The notes: generated from the letters alone by a model not told the origin. A stretch of 64,000 bases of DNA from Cyanobacteria bacterium J06638_7 (GCA_039818745.1 JBCBTI010000001.1:66257-130256); one strand, 5' to 3'; shown: positions 49,156 to 59,756, counted from the stretch's first letter. Translations and numbers: made by a program.

Positions 49156-50234
49156 TGCGCTCGCCGTGGCGCTGGCTGGGATGGCAGGGGCTGTTGGTGC
49201 TGGCCCTGCTGCTGGCGGATCTGCCTGCTCTGGCCTCCAGCCTGGCGGCCTGGCGGCTCTCACGCCAGGGGATTCTCGAGCTGCGCACCACTCCGGATGT
49301 GCCGCTGCAGGCCTTCTACGAGGCGGGTGAGGGTGGCCGTGGCCCGCGGGTGTGGGTCGACTTCCCCGGCCCGCCGCAGCGCAGCCGCTCGATCCGCGGC
49401 AGTGGCGCCGTCCGGGAGGTGCGCATCGGCCGCCCCACCCCCAGCACCACCCGGCTGGTTCTGGAGTTCGCGCCAGGCATCGAGCTCAATCCCCGCAACC
49501 TGCGCCTGGTGGGCACGGCCCGGGACCGCTGGCGCATGGATTTCCGTGGACTCGATCGTCCGGTGCTGCGTGCCCTGGGCGAGGGCAACATGGAGGCCTC
49601 CAGCGGCTGGGCCGCCACTCCCGGCGGCTCCTTCCCCACCGCCAGTGCACCGCTCTCGGCCGATGGCCTGCCGGTGGTGCCCCGCGGCCGCTACCGGGTG
49701 GTGATCGATCCCGGCCATGGCGGCCCCGATCCCGGTGCCATCGGCATCGGCGGCCTGCGCGAGACCAACGTGGTTCTGGACGTGTCGCTGCAGGTGGCGC
49801 GACTGCTGCAGGCCCGCGGTGTGCTTGTGACCCTCACCCGCACCAGCGAGATCGACCTTGACCTGCCGCCGCGGGTGTCGATCGCCAACCGCTCCGGCGC
49901 CAGCGCTTTCGTGAGCATCCACGCCAATGCCCTGAGCATGGCCCGCCCGGATGTGAACGGCGTGGAGACCTTCTTCTTCTCCGGTGGCTCCTCCCAGGCG
50001 CTCGCGTCATCCCTGCAGCGGCGCATGATGGCCGCCTCCCCAGGCACGCCCAACCGGGGGGTGAAGCAGGGTCGTTTCTTCGTCATCCGTCGCACCACGA
50101 TGCCCGCGGCGCTGGTGGAGATGGGTTTCCTCACCGGTGCGATCGATGCGCCCCGGCTGGCCAATCCCGAGTTCCGCCGGCGCATGGCCCTGGCCATCGC
50201 CGCCGGGATCCTCGATTACCTCGGGGGCCGCTGA
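49155..50234 (+). CDS. amiC: N-acetylmuramoyl-L-alanine amidase with N-terminal AMIN domain
   Basis: 359 aa. Signal peptide and an AMIN-like domain (LELRTTPDV...TRLVLEF). Amidase_3 motifs VVIDPGHGGPDPGA and FVSIHANA. TGATG overlaps at both ends. Confidence 0.85.
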   Translation: MRSPWRWLGWQGLLVLALLLADLPALASSLAAWRLSRQGILELRTTPDVPLQAFYEAGEGGRGPRVWVDFPGPPQRSRSIRGSGAVREVRIGRPTPSTTRLVLEFAPGIELNPRNLRLVGTARDRWRMDFRGLDRPVLRALGEGNMEASSGWAATPGGSFPTASAPLSADGLPVVPRGRYRVVIDPGHGGPDPGAIGIGGLRETNVVLDVSLQVARLLQARGVLVTLTRTSEIDLDLPPRVSIANRSGASAFVSIHANALSMARPDVNGVETFFFSGGSSQALASSLQRRMMAASPGTPNRGVKQGRFFVIRRTTMPAALVEMGFLTGAIDAPRLANPEFRRRMALAIAAGILDYLGGR

Positions 50235-51058
50235 TGAGCCTGCTGGTGGGGCTGTTCGACAGCGGTCTGGGCGGTCTCACGGTGCTGCGCCGGGTGCATG
50301 CCTGCTACCCCCACTCCCCCTGCCTTTACCTCGGTGACACCGCCCGCGTCCCCTACGGCACCCGCAGTGTCAACGACATCCGTGCGATTGCCGCCGAGGT
50401 GGTGGAGTGGCTGCGCCGCCAGGGCGCCGGGGTGCTGGTGATGGCCTGCAACACCTCCAATGCCCTCGCCCTGGATGTGGCCGTGGCCCAGGCGGGAGTG
50501 CCGGTGGTGGGCCTGATCGACAGCGTGGCGGCCGTGATCGGCAGCGACCGGGTGGGGGTGCTGGCCACCCCGGCCACCGCCGCCAGCGGTGCCTACCGGC
50601 GGGCGATCCACGCCAGTCGCCCCCGGGCGCGGGTGACCGAAGTGGGCTGCCCGGCCTTTGTGCCTCTGATCGAGGCCGGCCGCCTCAATGCCCCCGAACT
50701 GCGGGATGCGGCCAGGCTCTACCTGGAGCCCCTGCTGCTGGCGGAAGTGGACACGGTGGTGATGGGCTGCACCCATTACCCCCTGCTGAGGGCCCTGCTG
50801 CAGGAGCTGCTGCCCGCGGGCACCCGGCTGATCGACCCTGCCGAGGCGGCGGTGGATCGGCTGGGTCCCCTGCTGGGCAGCCTCGGCGATCTGCCGGAGT
50901 CTGAGCAGGCGCTGTCCCTGCCGGCGCCACCGCCCCGGCACACCCGTCTCTGCGTCACGGGCTGCCCGGAGAGCTTTGCCACCTCGGCGAACACCTGGCT
51001 CGGCCGCTGCCCTGAGGTGGAGCGCGTGAGCCTGCGGTCGGCCACGTACGCCGCCTAG
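50234..51058 (+). CDS. murI: glutamate racemase
   Basis: 274 aa. GLFDSGLGGLTV, the catalytic Cys contexts LVMACNTS and VMGCTHYP. Confidence 0.92.
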   Translation: MSLLVGLFDSGLGGLTVLRRVHACYPHSPCLYLGDTARVPYGTRSVNDIRAIAAEVVEWLRRQGAGVLVMACNTSNALALDVAVAQAGVPVVGLIDSVAAVIGSDRVGVLATPATAASGAYRRAIHASRPRARVTEVGCPAFVPLIEAGRLNAPELRDAARLYLEPLLLAEVDTVVMGCTHYPLLRALLQELLPAGTRLIDPAEAAVDRLGPLLGSLGDLPESEQALSLPAPPPRHTRLCVTGCPESFATSANTWLGRCPEVERVSLRSATYAA

Positions 51059-51081
51059 GATCCATCCACCAGGGAGGTGTT

Positions 51082-52053
51082 GTGGCAACGGTTGCTGAGC
51101 TGCTCCAGCCCGTGGAGGCCGACCTCGACGCTCTGCTGGCCGACCTGCGCAGCCTCATCGGAGCCGGTCATCCGATCCTTCAGGCCGCCGCCGAGCATCT
51201 GTTCGCCGCCGGCGGCAAGCGCCTGCGTCCGGGCATCGTGCTGCTGCTCTCCCGGGCAGTGGCGCCGGACGGCGAGTTGAGTGCCCGCCACCGGCGCCTG
51301 GCCGAGATCACCGAGATGATCCACACGGCCTCCCTGGTGCACGACGACGTGGTGGATGAGGCCGCCACCCGCCGCGGTGTGGACACCGTGCATAGCCGCT
51401 TCAACCACCGCGTGGCCGTGCTGGCCGGCGATTTCCTGTTCGCCCAGGCCAGCTGGCACCTCGCCAACCTCGATGATCTGGCGGTGGTGAAGCTGCTCAG
51501 CCGGGTGATCATGGATCTGGCCGACGGCGAGGTGAAGCAGGGGCTGTTCCGCTACGACACCGGCCAGAGCTTCGAGACCTACCTCGAGAAGAGCTACTGC
51601 AAAACCGCCTCCCTGATCGCCAACAGTGCCCGTGCCGCTGGCGTGCTCTCCCAGCTTCCCCCGGACCATCTCGATGGCCTGCATCGTTTCGGCCGCCAGC
51701 TCGGCCTGGCCTTTCAGGTGGTGGACGACATCCTGGATTTCACCGCCAGTGACCTGCAGCTGGGCAAGCCCGCCGCCAGCGACCTGGCCTCCGGCTATCT
51801 CACCGCCCCTGCCCTCTACGCCCTGGAGGAACGTCCGGCCCTGGCGGGGCTGATCGAGCGGGAGTTCAGCCAGCAGGGCGATCTGGAGCAGGCCCTGGCC
51901 ATGGTGCGCGGCTGTGAGGCCATCCCCCGTTCGCGGGCTCTGGCCGAACAGTTCGCGCGCGAGGCTGCCGAAGCGATTTCCTGGCTGCCCGCCTCCGAGC
52001 CGCGCAGCGCCCTGCGGGCCCTGCCCGACTTTGTGCTCAGCAGGCTCTACTGA
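51082..52053 (+). CDS. sds: solanesyl (all-trans-nonaprenyl) diphosphate synthase
   Basis: 323 aa. GTG start preceded by AGGGAGG. Polyprenyl synthase motifs GGKRLRP, LVHDDVVDE (FARM) and VVDDILDF (SARM). Length and sequence fit the cyanobacterial Sds type. Confidence 0.88.
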   Translation: MATVAELLQPVEADLDALLADLRSLIGAGHPILQAAAEHLFAAGGKRLRPGIVLLLSRAVAPDGELSARHRRLAEITEMIHTASLVHDDVVDEAATRRGVDTVHSRFNHRVAVLAGDFLFAQASWHLANLDDLAVVKLLSRVIMDLADGEVKQGLFRYDTGQSFETYLEKSYCKTASLIANSARAAGVLSQLPPDHLDGLHRFGRQLGLAFQVVDDILDFTASDLQLGKPAASDLASGYLTAPALYALEERPALAGLIEREFSQQGDLEQALAMVRGCEAIPRSRALAEQFAREAAEAISWLPASEPRSALRALPDFVLSRLY

Positions 52054-52073
52054 GCACCCCGGGCCGGCCGCTC

Positions 52074-52727
52074 TCAGCCGAACTGAACCTGCCGCAGCGA
52101 ACGCAGACAATGGCTGCCGGCCGGGAAGTGTGCAGGATCCTCGCCCTCGGGCACCAGCACCACCACCCGGCAGCCGGCGGCAGCGGCGGCAGCAGCCCCG
52201 GCCTGGGAATCCTCGAAAGCCCAGCAGCGTTGGGCCGGAACCCCCAGCCGCTCGGCGGCCAGCAGGAAGGGATCGGGGGCTGGTTTGCCGGCCCGCAGTG
52301 CCGGCTCGTCGCCATGGATGCGCACCCCGATGGCCTCGAGCCAGGGGTGGGGAGCGCTCTTGAGCGCCACCGACGGCGCCGCGCTGCTGGTCACCAGGGC
52401 CATGGGAATGGCAAGGCTGCTGCAGCGCTGCAGCAGCTCCGGAGCTCCGTCGATGGCGGGAGCCTGCACCAGCAGCCGCTCGGCGATCGGCTGGCGCACC
52501 CTCAGCAGCTCCTGCACGGCCGGGGCCTGGCCTTGCTGGAGCTGGATCCACTGCCGCACCTGCTCGGCGCAGTCCAGCCGGCGGCGGCCGCGCAGCAGCA
52601 GCAGCTCGCTGTCGCTGAGCTCCAGGCCGAAGTGGCGGGCGGCCTGGCGCCAGGCCCGGGCATGCAGGGGTTCGGTGTCGAGCAACAGCCCGTCGAGGTC
52701 GAACAGGCAGGCGGCGGGTCGGCTCAT
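52074..52727 (-). CDS. HAD family hydrolase (beta-phosphoglucomutase-like subfamily IA)
   Basis: 217 aa. The [10 protein letters not shown] nucleophile motif, TSS motif II and a FEDSQAG motif. Confidence 0.8.
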   Translation of the reverse strand: MSRPAACLFDLDGLLLDTEPLHARAWRQAARHFGLELSDSELLLLRGRRRLDCAEQVRQWIQLQQGQAPAVQELLRVRQPIAERLLVQAPAIDGAPELLQRCSSLAIPMALVTSSAAPSVALKSAPHPWLEAIGVRIHGDEPALRAGKPAPDPFLLAAERLGVPAQRCWAFEDSQAGAAAAAAAGCRVVVLVPEGEDPAHFPAGSHCLRSLRQVQFG

Positions 52728-52761
52728 GGTTCCATTGTCCCCGCTGCCCTGCGCCGGCGGT

Positions 52762-53115
52762 TCAGGGCTCGATCGGCTCGACGCTGAAGCGCCCGGGCCT
52801 GCCGCAGGCTCGCGGATGCAACCAGCTCCAGCGGCTCCAGATCGTCAGGAAGAGCTGGCAGTCCCGCGGTCCCCTGGCCAGCCCAACCCCGGGCCATTTT
52901 CCCCACACCACCGGCGCCGGCCGGGGGCCATGGCGGGCCTGCCAGGCCGCCACCTGGCTGCGGTGCAGGATCGGACGGCCATCAAAGCGGAACAGCAGCA
53001 GCCTGGTGGCGCTGGTGGGGTCATCGAGCTGGAACCACACCCGTTTGCTGCGCTGCAGATACCAGAACCGCCAGCTCCAGAGGGCCACCGGTCGGTTGCC
53101 GCGGCTGCTGTACAC
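52762..53115 (-). CDS. Trp-rich small hypothetical protein
   Basis: Frame of track ORF 52762..53265. Third-codon positions are about 90 percent G/C by inspection, which supports coding. There is no in-frame ATG. GTG 53115 gives 117 aa with 10 Trp; GTG 53157 is an alternative that would abut the acs ATG. No family recognised with confidence. Confidence 0.45.
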   Translation of the reverse strand: MYSSRGNRPVALWSWRFWYLQRSKRVWFQLDDPTSATRLLLFRFDGRPILHRSQVAAWQARHGPRPAPVVWGKWPGVGLARGPRDCQLFLTIWSRWSWLHPRACGRPGRFSVEPIEP

Positions 53116-53158
53116 AACCCCGAAGACCCTGCCGGTGTTGCTGCTGCAGCGGTTCACA

Positions 53159-55153
<1,995 letters not shown>

Positions 55154-55168
55154 GCGCGGCTGGGCGCC

Positions 55169-55909
55169 TCAGCGCGGACTGGCGGCCCAGTCGAGGATCA
55201 CGGCGCCGAGCCGCTCGATCGCCCGCTGGCGCGACGGATCGTCGGCCCATCCCCCCAGCAATTGGCGCCGCAGCCCGCCGCTGGCGGGCGTGAGGTGGTC
55301 TCCCGGCAGCTCCTGGAGGCTGCTGGCGTCGTCTGGCCGGGCCTGAAGCACCCCCAGCAGGCAGCGGCTCTGGTCGATGTTGTCGCGGCTGAAGCGCACC
55401 AGCAGGTTGCGCGGCTGGCGGTAGTTGAGCTCTGCCTGGCGCAGGGTCTCCTCCGGTGAGGGGCTGAACTCGCTGCGGAAGCGGAATTGCTGTCCCAGTT
55501 CCGCCAGCAGGGGAATGGAGCGCTCGGCCGAGAAGTTGTTGAAGCTCAGGGCGGCCAGTCCCCGGGAGCGGCGCCCCCCATCGGGGGCCAGCAGGTGCAG
55601 TTTGCAGCCCAGGCTGTGTCCCAGCCGCAGGGGCTCGCCCGGCGGCTGGGCATCAAGTTCCGCCAGGGCCTGGCGCTGGGCACGGAACCGCCTCCAGGCG
55701 CTGTTGGCCTGGGCCTGGTGATCGAAGCCCGGCACGTAGCTCCAGGCATGCACACGCCAACCGTGCTGGGCGACGGCCTCAAGCAGGCGCCGGTAGCTCA
55801 GCTGGGGGTTGCTAGCCAGGTAACTGCCGCCGATGAACTCCACCAGCCCCAGGGGCCGCACACCGGGCTCCAGCATCCACAGCTGGTCCTGCTGCCGCCA
55901 GCGCGCCAT
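55169..55909 (-). CDS. DUF1350 family protein (alpha/beta-hydrolase-like)
   Basis: 246 aa. GLVEFIGGSYL and GHSLGCKLHLL match my memory of DUF1350. Confidence 0.65.
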   Translation of the reverse strand: MARWRQQDQLWMLEPGVRPLGLVEFIGGSYLASNPQLSYRRLLEAVAQHGWRVHAWSYVPGFDHQAQANSAWRRFRAQRQALAELDAQPPGEPLRLGHSLGCKLHLLAPDGGRRSRGLAALSFNNFSAERSIPLLAELGQQFRFRSEFSPSPEETLRQAELNYRQPRNLLVRFSRDNIDQSRCLLGVLQARPDDASSLQELPGDHLTPASGGLRRQLLGGWADDPSRQRAIERLGAVILDWAASPR

Positions 55910-55920
55910 CGCCGCAGGCC

Positions 55921-56382
55921 TCAGAGCTGCAGCCGCCGCAGGGCCTCGATCGCCTCGCGGCGGTGGGCCGGACCGTCGAGCAGGTTGTTGAACACGTGCC
56001 GGATCACCCCCTCGCCGTCGATCACGTAGGTGACCCGCCCCGGCAGCAGACCGAGCACCGCCGGCACCCCGAAGGCCTGGCGCAGGGCGTTGCCGCGGTC
56101 CACCAGCAGGGGGTAGGGGAGGTCATGGCGGCGCGCGAAGCGTGCATGGCTGGCGGCGTCGTCCCCGCTCACGCCCCACACCTCGGCGCCGAGGGCCTGC
56201 AGGTCGGCGTAGCTGTCACGAAAGGCGCAGGCCTCCATCGTGCATCCGGGCGTGTCGTCCTTGGGGTAGAAGAACAGCACCAGGGCTCTGCCGCCCAGCT
56301 GGTCGCTGCGGCGCTCGCTGTCGTTCTGATCGGCGAGGGCGATCAGGGGGGCCTTGTCGCCGGCGGCGAGCGCTCGGGCCAT
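55921..56382 (-). CDS. bcp: thioredoxin-dependent peroxiredoxin (BCP/PrxQ type)
   Basis: 153 aa. FFYPKDDTPGCTMEAC has the peroxidatic and resolving Cys spaced CxxxxC. Confidence 0.9.
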   Translation of the reverse strand: MARALAAGDKAPLIALADQNDSERRSDQLGGRALVLFFYPKDDTPGCTMEACAFRDSYADLQALGAEVWGVSGDDAASHARFARRHDLPYPLLVDRGNALRQAFGVPAVLGLLPGRVTYVIDGEGVIRHVFNNLLDGPAHRREAIEALRRLQL

Positions 56383-56452
56383 GGCTGCGGGACGTCAACC
56401 GAAACCCTACTTGCGCAGCCTGGGACGATGGGAGGCAGCGCCCGAGCCGGTT

Positions 56453-57349
56453 GTGAGCGGTCCGTTCTCCCAGCAGCCCAGCCCCTGGCAGCAGACCGAT
56501 CTGCTGGCGATGATCCCGGCCCCGCCGGCTGCTGCCCAGCGGGCAGCGCCGGCCAGCGGTGTTGGGTCAGCCCCCGGCCCCAGCCCTGCCGTCGCTGACG
56601 GCGCCAGCGGGAGCGCTCCGGCCACGCTGCTGATCCTCGACACCGAGACCACCGGCCTCGATCCGGCCCGGGGCCGCTGCATCGAGGTGGGCGCCATCCT
56701 CTTTGCCGTCGCCGAGCGGGCCTTGCTCGGCCAGGTGTCGTTCCTGCTGCCGGTGGAGGCCAACCCCGCCGAACACATCAACGCCATCCCCGCCGCCGTC
56801 AGCCGCCTGCCCCAGCCCTGGCAGGCGGGCCTGCAGTGCTTCAGGGCCATGCTCGAGGCGGCGGAGGCGGTGCTGGCCCACAACGCCGCCTTCGATCGCC
56901 AGTGGTTCGGCGTCGACCCGCTGCCGCCGGTGCGCCAGCCCTGGATCTGTTCCATGGACGACATCCGCTGGCCGGCCGAGCTGCACCTGCGCGCCACGCC
57001 CTCGGTTCGCGATCTGGCCCTGGCCCACGGGGTGCCCGTGTGGGCGGCCCACCGCGCCCTCACCGACTGCATCTATCTGGCCCAGGTGCTGGAGCGCTGC
57101 CGCGATCTGGAGGGGCTGCTGCGCGGGGCCCTCGAACCCCGCCATCTCTACCGCGCCCGGCTCGCCTATGCCGAGCGCCACAAGGCCAGGGAGGCTGGCT
57201 TCCGCTGGAATGACGCCGTGGCCGGCGCCTGGAGCCGCCGCCTGAGCGAAGCCGAGGCCAGCGCTCTGCCGTTTCCGGTGCTGCGGCTGGAGAGCGATGG
57301 CCAGGATGCTTCAGGCGCGGGGCATCAGCCTGGCTCGGTGGCGGCCTGA
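56453..57349 (+). CDS. DEDDh 3'-5' exonuclease (DnaQ-like) with C-terminal extension
   Basis: ExoI LILDTETTGLD, ExoII LAHNAAFDRQW and ExoIII HRALTDC. The start is uncertain: the track start 56354 would overlap the divergent bcp start, while TTG 56411, GTG 56453 and ATG 56510 are in frame. The C-terminal ~80 aa (YRARLAYAERHKAREAGFRWNDAVAGAWS) lies beyond the nuclease fold. Confidence 0.75.
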   Translation: MSGPFSQQPSPWQQTDLLAMIPAPPAAAQRAAPASGVGSAPGPSPAVADGASGSAPATLLILDTETTGLDPARGRCIEVGAILFAVAERALLGQVSFLLPVEANPAEHINAIPAAVSRLPQPWQAGLQCFRAMLEAAEAVLAHNAAFDRQWFGVDPLPPVRQPWICSMDDIRWPAELHLRATPSVRDLALAHGVPVWAAHRALTDCIYLAQVLERCRDLEGLLRGALEPRHLYRARLAYAERHKAREAGFRWNDAVAGAWSRRLSEAEASALPFPVLRLESDGQDASGAGHQPGSVAA

Positions 57350-57551
57350 ACACCTCCTGGCAGCGCCGATCCAGCGTCGTCAAAGCCGGCCTGTGTGGAT
57401 CGCATCCGCCTGGAGCGCGGCGACCAGGGGGGAGATGGCGCCGCTGCCAGCGGGTGAATCATGGCCTCTTTCCCCTCTCCCCGGCCCCACTGCTGTCCAT
57501 GAACAAGCCCCGGGGTTGCCCAGGGCCCTGGTGTGACCGGCCAGTGTTGGA

Positions 57552-57773
57552 CTACTTGCTCCAGCGGGTGGTGCAGCGGTAGTGAGTGGTGGGGCCGAAG
57601 CTGGTGCAGGAGGTGGTCTGGTTGCCGGCGTTGTCAGGAACACCCTGCATGGAGCGACCGGCAGCGAGGCTGTGGCTGATGCCTTCGCTGGTTCTGGAGC
57701 CGGCAAGGACGGGACTGGTCAGGGCGCCTGCCAGCAGGGGGAGCAGGAGGAAGGCGGAGAGCTGGATGCGCAT
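57552..57773 (-). CDS. small secreted peptide (73 aa precursor)
   Basis: Internal ATG 57773: MRIQLSAFLLLPLLAGALTSPVLA/GSRTSEG...CTSFGPTTHYRCTTRWSK. Clear signal peptide and two Cys near the C-terminus. Strong C/G third-position bias. An AT-richer putative promoter patch lies just upstream. Confidence 0.5.
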   Translation of the reverse strand: MRIQLSAFLLLPLLAGALTSPVLAGSRTSEGISHSLAAGRSMQGVPDNAGNQTTSCTSFGPTTHYRCTTRWSK

Positions 57774-57983
57774 GGTGCCATGGCGATGTGCATCCGTTGA
57801 TACAAATAGGCGGCCTGGCTGGATTGCTGCGGGCCTGCCAACGGCTGTGCCCTCGCCCAGTCGCCATTGGGCCTGCGCGCCGCCAAGGCCTCGGGCCCCG
57901 GTGCTGGGCGCCGGACATGGGCATAAGCGCCAGGGCGACGGCGCCACCGAGGACTGCCGTCCCTTGCTTCCCTTCCCTTGAAA

Positions 57984-57999
57984 CGGCCCGGATGGGCCG
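57984..57999 (-). terminator. possible terminator hairpin downstream of tRNA-Pro
   Basis: The minus strand reads CGGCCC-ATCC-GGGCCG followed by TTTC. The 6-bp GC stem is good but the U-tract is short, so confidence is low. Confidence 0.3.
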
Positions 58000-58020
58000 C
58001 GCCTGAGGGAGGGACCGGAA

Positions 58021-58094
58021 TCGGAGCGGCGGGATTTGAACCCACGACCCCCACTACCCCAAAGTGGTGCGCTACCAAGCTGCGCTACGCCCCG
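58021..58094 (-). tRNA. tRNA-Pro (anticodon GGG)
   Basis: The reverse complement folds by hand as a 74-nt cloverleaf: acceptor CGGGGCG/CGCTCCG, D-arm GCGC-AGCTTGGTA-GCGC, anticodon stem CCACT/AGTGG with loop TTGGGGT (GGG), and T-arm GTGGG-TTCAAAT-CCCGC. Discriminator A. CCA is not encoded. Confidence 0.93.
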
Positions 58095-58118
58095 GTCGAT
58101 TCCGGCAATCGCAAGCTA

Positions 58119-58397
58119 TCACAGAGCTTTGCGGCGCCGGAGGCGGCGCAGCAGCCGGGCTGTGAGCCGCTCCCGCCCGTCCCTGGCGTAGCCCGGCAGG
58201 CGCAGGTCGTGGGCCAGCAGGCGCAGTTCTGCCAGTCCCATACCCGCCAGGCGCAGTTCCGGCAGCCGTTGCCAGGCGCCGCGACCATCGGGAAGGCGCA
58301 GGCCGTTGGCCTCCCCTACCCAGCGCCCCAGCGCTCCCTCAGCCATCCACTCGGGCACGAGCACCACCAGCACCGCCAGCAGCCCGTAGAGCTCCAC
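58119..58397 (-). CDS. small membrane-anchored protein with C-terminal HeH/SAP (Rho_N-like) motif
   Basis: From GTG 58397: a TM segment VELYGLLAVLVVLVPEW, then ...MGLAELRLLAHDLRLPGYARDGRERLTARLLRRL, which resembles a SAP/Rho-N helix-extended-helix. The track ORF extends to 58520 but would overlap the upstream small ORF. The start is uncertain. Confidence 0.4.
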   Translation of the reverse strand: MELYGLLAVLVVLVPEWMAEGALGRWVGEANGLRLPDGRGAWQRLPELRLAGMGLAELRLLAHDLRLPGYARDGRERLTARLLRRLRRRKAL

Positions 58398-58453
58398 CAG
58401 TCCACGGGGCAGGGGATGACGCGGCTTCGGGCTGCGGTCGCGGCCGGAACCGC

Positions 58454-58636
58454 TCAAACCCTCAGGCTCCGGAGTCCATGTGCCGGCCCGGAGGCCTGCG
58501 CTGAGGGGGCATCGCGCCATTTCAGCGGCGGTTCAGGACTGGGCTGCAGCTTCACCGTCCACAGCACCAGGGCAAAACAGAGGCCGATGGTGGTGAGCAG
58601 AGCAAGCAGCACCACCCGGTCTGGCAGGGTGTTCAT
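58454..58636 (-). CDS. small single-pass membrane protein (60 aa)
   Basis: Internal ATG 58636, 9 nt after the stop of the upstream secreted-protein gene: MNTLPDRVVLLALLTTIGLCFALVLWTV... has one TM helix. Support is weak: short and no homology recognised. Confidence 0.35.
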   Translation of the reverse strand: MNTLPDRVVLLALLTTIGLCFALVLWTVKLQPSPEPPLKWRDAPSAQASGPAHGLRSLRV

Positions 58637-58644
58637 GGCGATGG

Positions 58645-58956
58645 TCAGACCCGTTCGGTGCGGGTGCACTGAATGCGGCTGGGCAGCTGCTCGATGGTGA
58701 GCAGATCCCCCTGAACGATCAGGGTCATGCGCGGGTTCGCGTAGCGGATTCCAGGCAGGGTGGAGTCGTCGCGGAAGGCGGTGGTCCGGAAGCGGCCTGT
58801 GATCAGCGAGGCCTGGGCGTTGTTCCGCTCCAGCTGCACGCGCCCCAGGCGTGGACATAGGAAGCTGTCGCTGGTGTCGTACTGCTCCCACCAGGGGGAT
58901 CCCTGAGCCAGCACCGTGGCAGCCAGCAGCAGCAGATGGGGAACCGGGGCGGCCAT
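58645..58956 (-). CDS. small exported protein
   Basis: 103 aa. Signal peptide MAAPVPHLLLLAATVLAQG/SP and two Cys in the mature part. No family recognised. Confidence 0.5.
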   Translation of the reverse strand: MAAPVPHLLLLAATVLAQGSPWWEQYDTSDSFLCPRLGRVQLERNNAQASLITGRFRTTAFRDDSTLPGIRYANPRMTLIVQGDLLTIEQLPSRIQCTRTERV

Positions 58957-58978
58957 GGCGGGCTGGACGGCTGGGGGG

Positions 58979-59728
58979 TCAGTCGGGGTTGGCGATCGGG
59001 CTGTTGTCTCCGCGCAGGATGCAATGGCTCACCGACCAGTCGTAGCAGTCCCAGACACGGGCATCCAGACGGTAATGGGCACCGGCGAAATCGCCCAGCC
59101 GCTGGCCGCTGGGCTGGGCGGAGCAGTAGGGACGGCTGCCTGGTTTGGCCAGATACTGCTGGTGGTAGGGCTCGGCGAACCAGAACCGCCGGCCGCTGCC
59201 GATCTCGGTGGTGATCGCTCCGTAGCCGGCGCCACTGAGCAGCGTCTGGTAGGCCGTGCGGCTGGCTTCCGCCTGGTGCAGCAGGGCGGGATCGTCCACA
59301 TACAGGGCTGAGCGGTACTGGGAACCCCGGTCGTTGCCCTGGCCATCGCCCTGGGTGGGGTCGTGGCACTCCCAGAACAGTTTGAGCAGATCGCTGAAGT
59401 CGATCAGGGCCTGATCCCACACCACCCGCACCAGCTCGGCATGGCCGCTGCGTCCGGAACACACCTGCTGGTAGCTGGGCTGCTCCAGCTGGCCGCCCCC
59501 GTACCCCACCGCTGTGGTGAGCACACCGGGCAGTCGCCAGAAACCCTTCTCCGCGCCCCAGAAACAGCCGCAGCCGAACAGCGCCTCGGCCTGCCCCTGG
59601 GTGGGCTTGAGGGTGATCGCTGTGCCCAGCACCGCGTGCTTGGGGCCCTCGCCGCCGTCGTCGCCCGCCAGCGCGGCGCTCTGGGCGCCGCGGTCGCCGA
59701 AGACACCGCTGAAAACCCCGCTGAACAC
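58979..59728 (-). CDS. msrA: peptide-methionine (S)-S-oxide reductase
   Basis: 249 aa with a GTG start. Catalytic FGCGCFWGAEKGFW, with a long E. coli-type N-terminal lead-in (KHAVLGTAI...). Confidence 0.88.
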   Translation of the reverse strand: MFSGVFSGVFGDRGAQSAALAGDDGGEGPKHAVLGTAITLKPTQGQAEALFGCGCFWGAEKGFWRLPGVLTTAVGYGGGQLEQPSYQQVCSGRSGHAELVRVVWDQALIDFSDLLKLFWECHDPTQGDGQGNDRGSQYRSALYVDDPALLHQAEASRTAYQTLLSGAGYGAITTEIGSGRRFWFAEPYHQQYLAKPGSRPYCSAQPSGQRLGDFAGAHYRLDARVWDCYDWSVSHCILRGDNSPIANPD

Positions 59729-59756
59729 AGCATCGCCGCAACTGGGCGGAGCCTAG

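Noticed and set aside
57480-57551. GC-rich palindromes CCAGGGCCCTGG and CCCCGGGG downstream of the small secreted peptide gene, considered as a terminator.
   Set aside because: They are self-complementary with no loop and no following U-tract on either strand. Sequences like these are expected frequently in GC-rich DNA.
57774-58020. Glutamine-riboswitch-like string GGGACGGCAGUCC in the spacer between tRNA-Pro and the small secreted peptide gene (minus strand).
   Set aside because: It only partly resembles the GGACGGAAGUAGG core. The flanking CGUUCA...GAACG P1 pairing and the CCC/GGG helix are absent, as the preceding arm is GGG rather than CCC. It cannot be folded into the known architecture by hand.
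58021-58956. Genomic island integrated at tRNA-Pro.
   Set aside because: There is no integrase or recombinase, no visible direct repeat of the tRNA 3' end, and no compositional break apart from small spacers. It is kept only as a low-confidence finding about the small ORFs.
59695-59728. 12-nt tandem repeat at the msrA 5' end encoding FSGV-FSGV-FGD, and an apparent 45-aa N-terminal extension.
   Set aside because: Long-form (E. coli-type) MsrA proteins normally have about 50 residues before the GCFWG motif, and the lead-in (KHAVLGTAI) aligns with them. The extension is therefore ordinary, and the repeat is only two short units.
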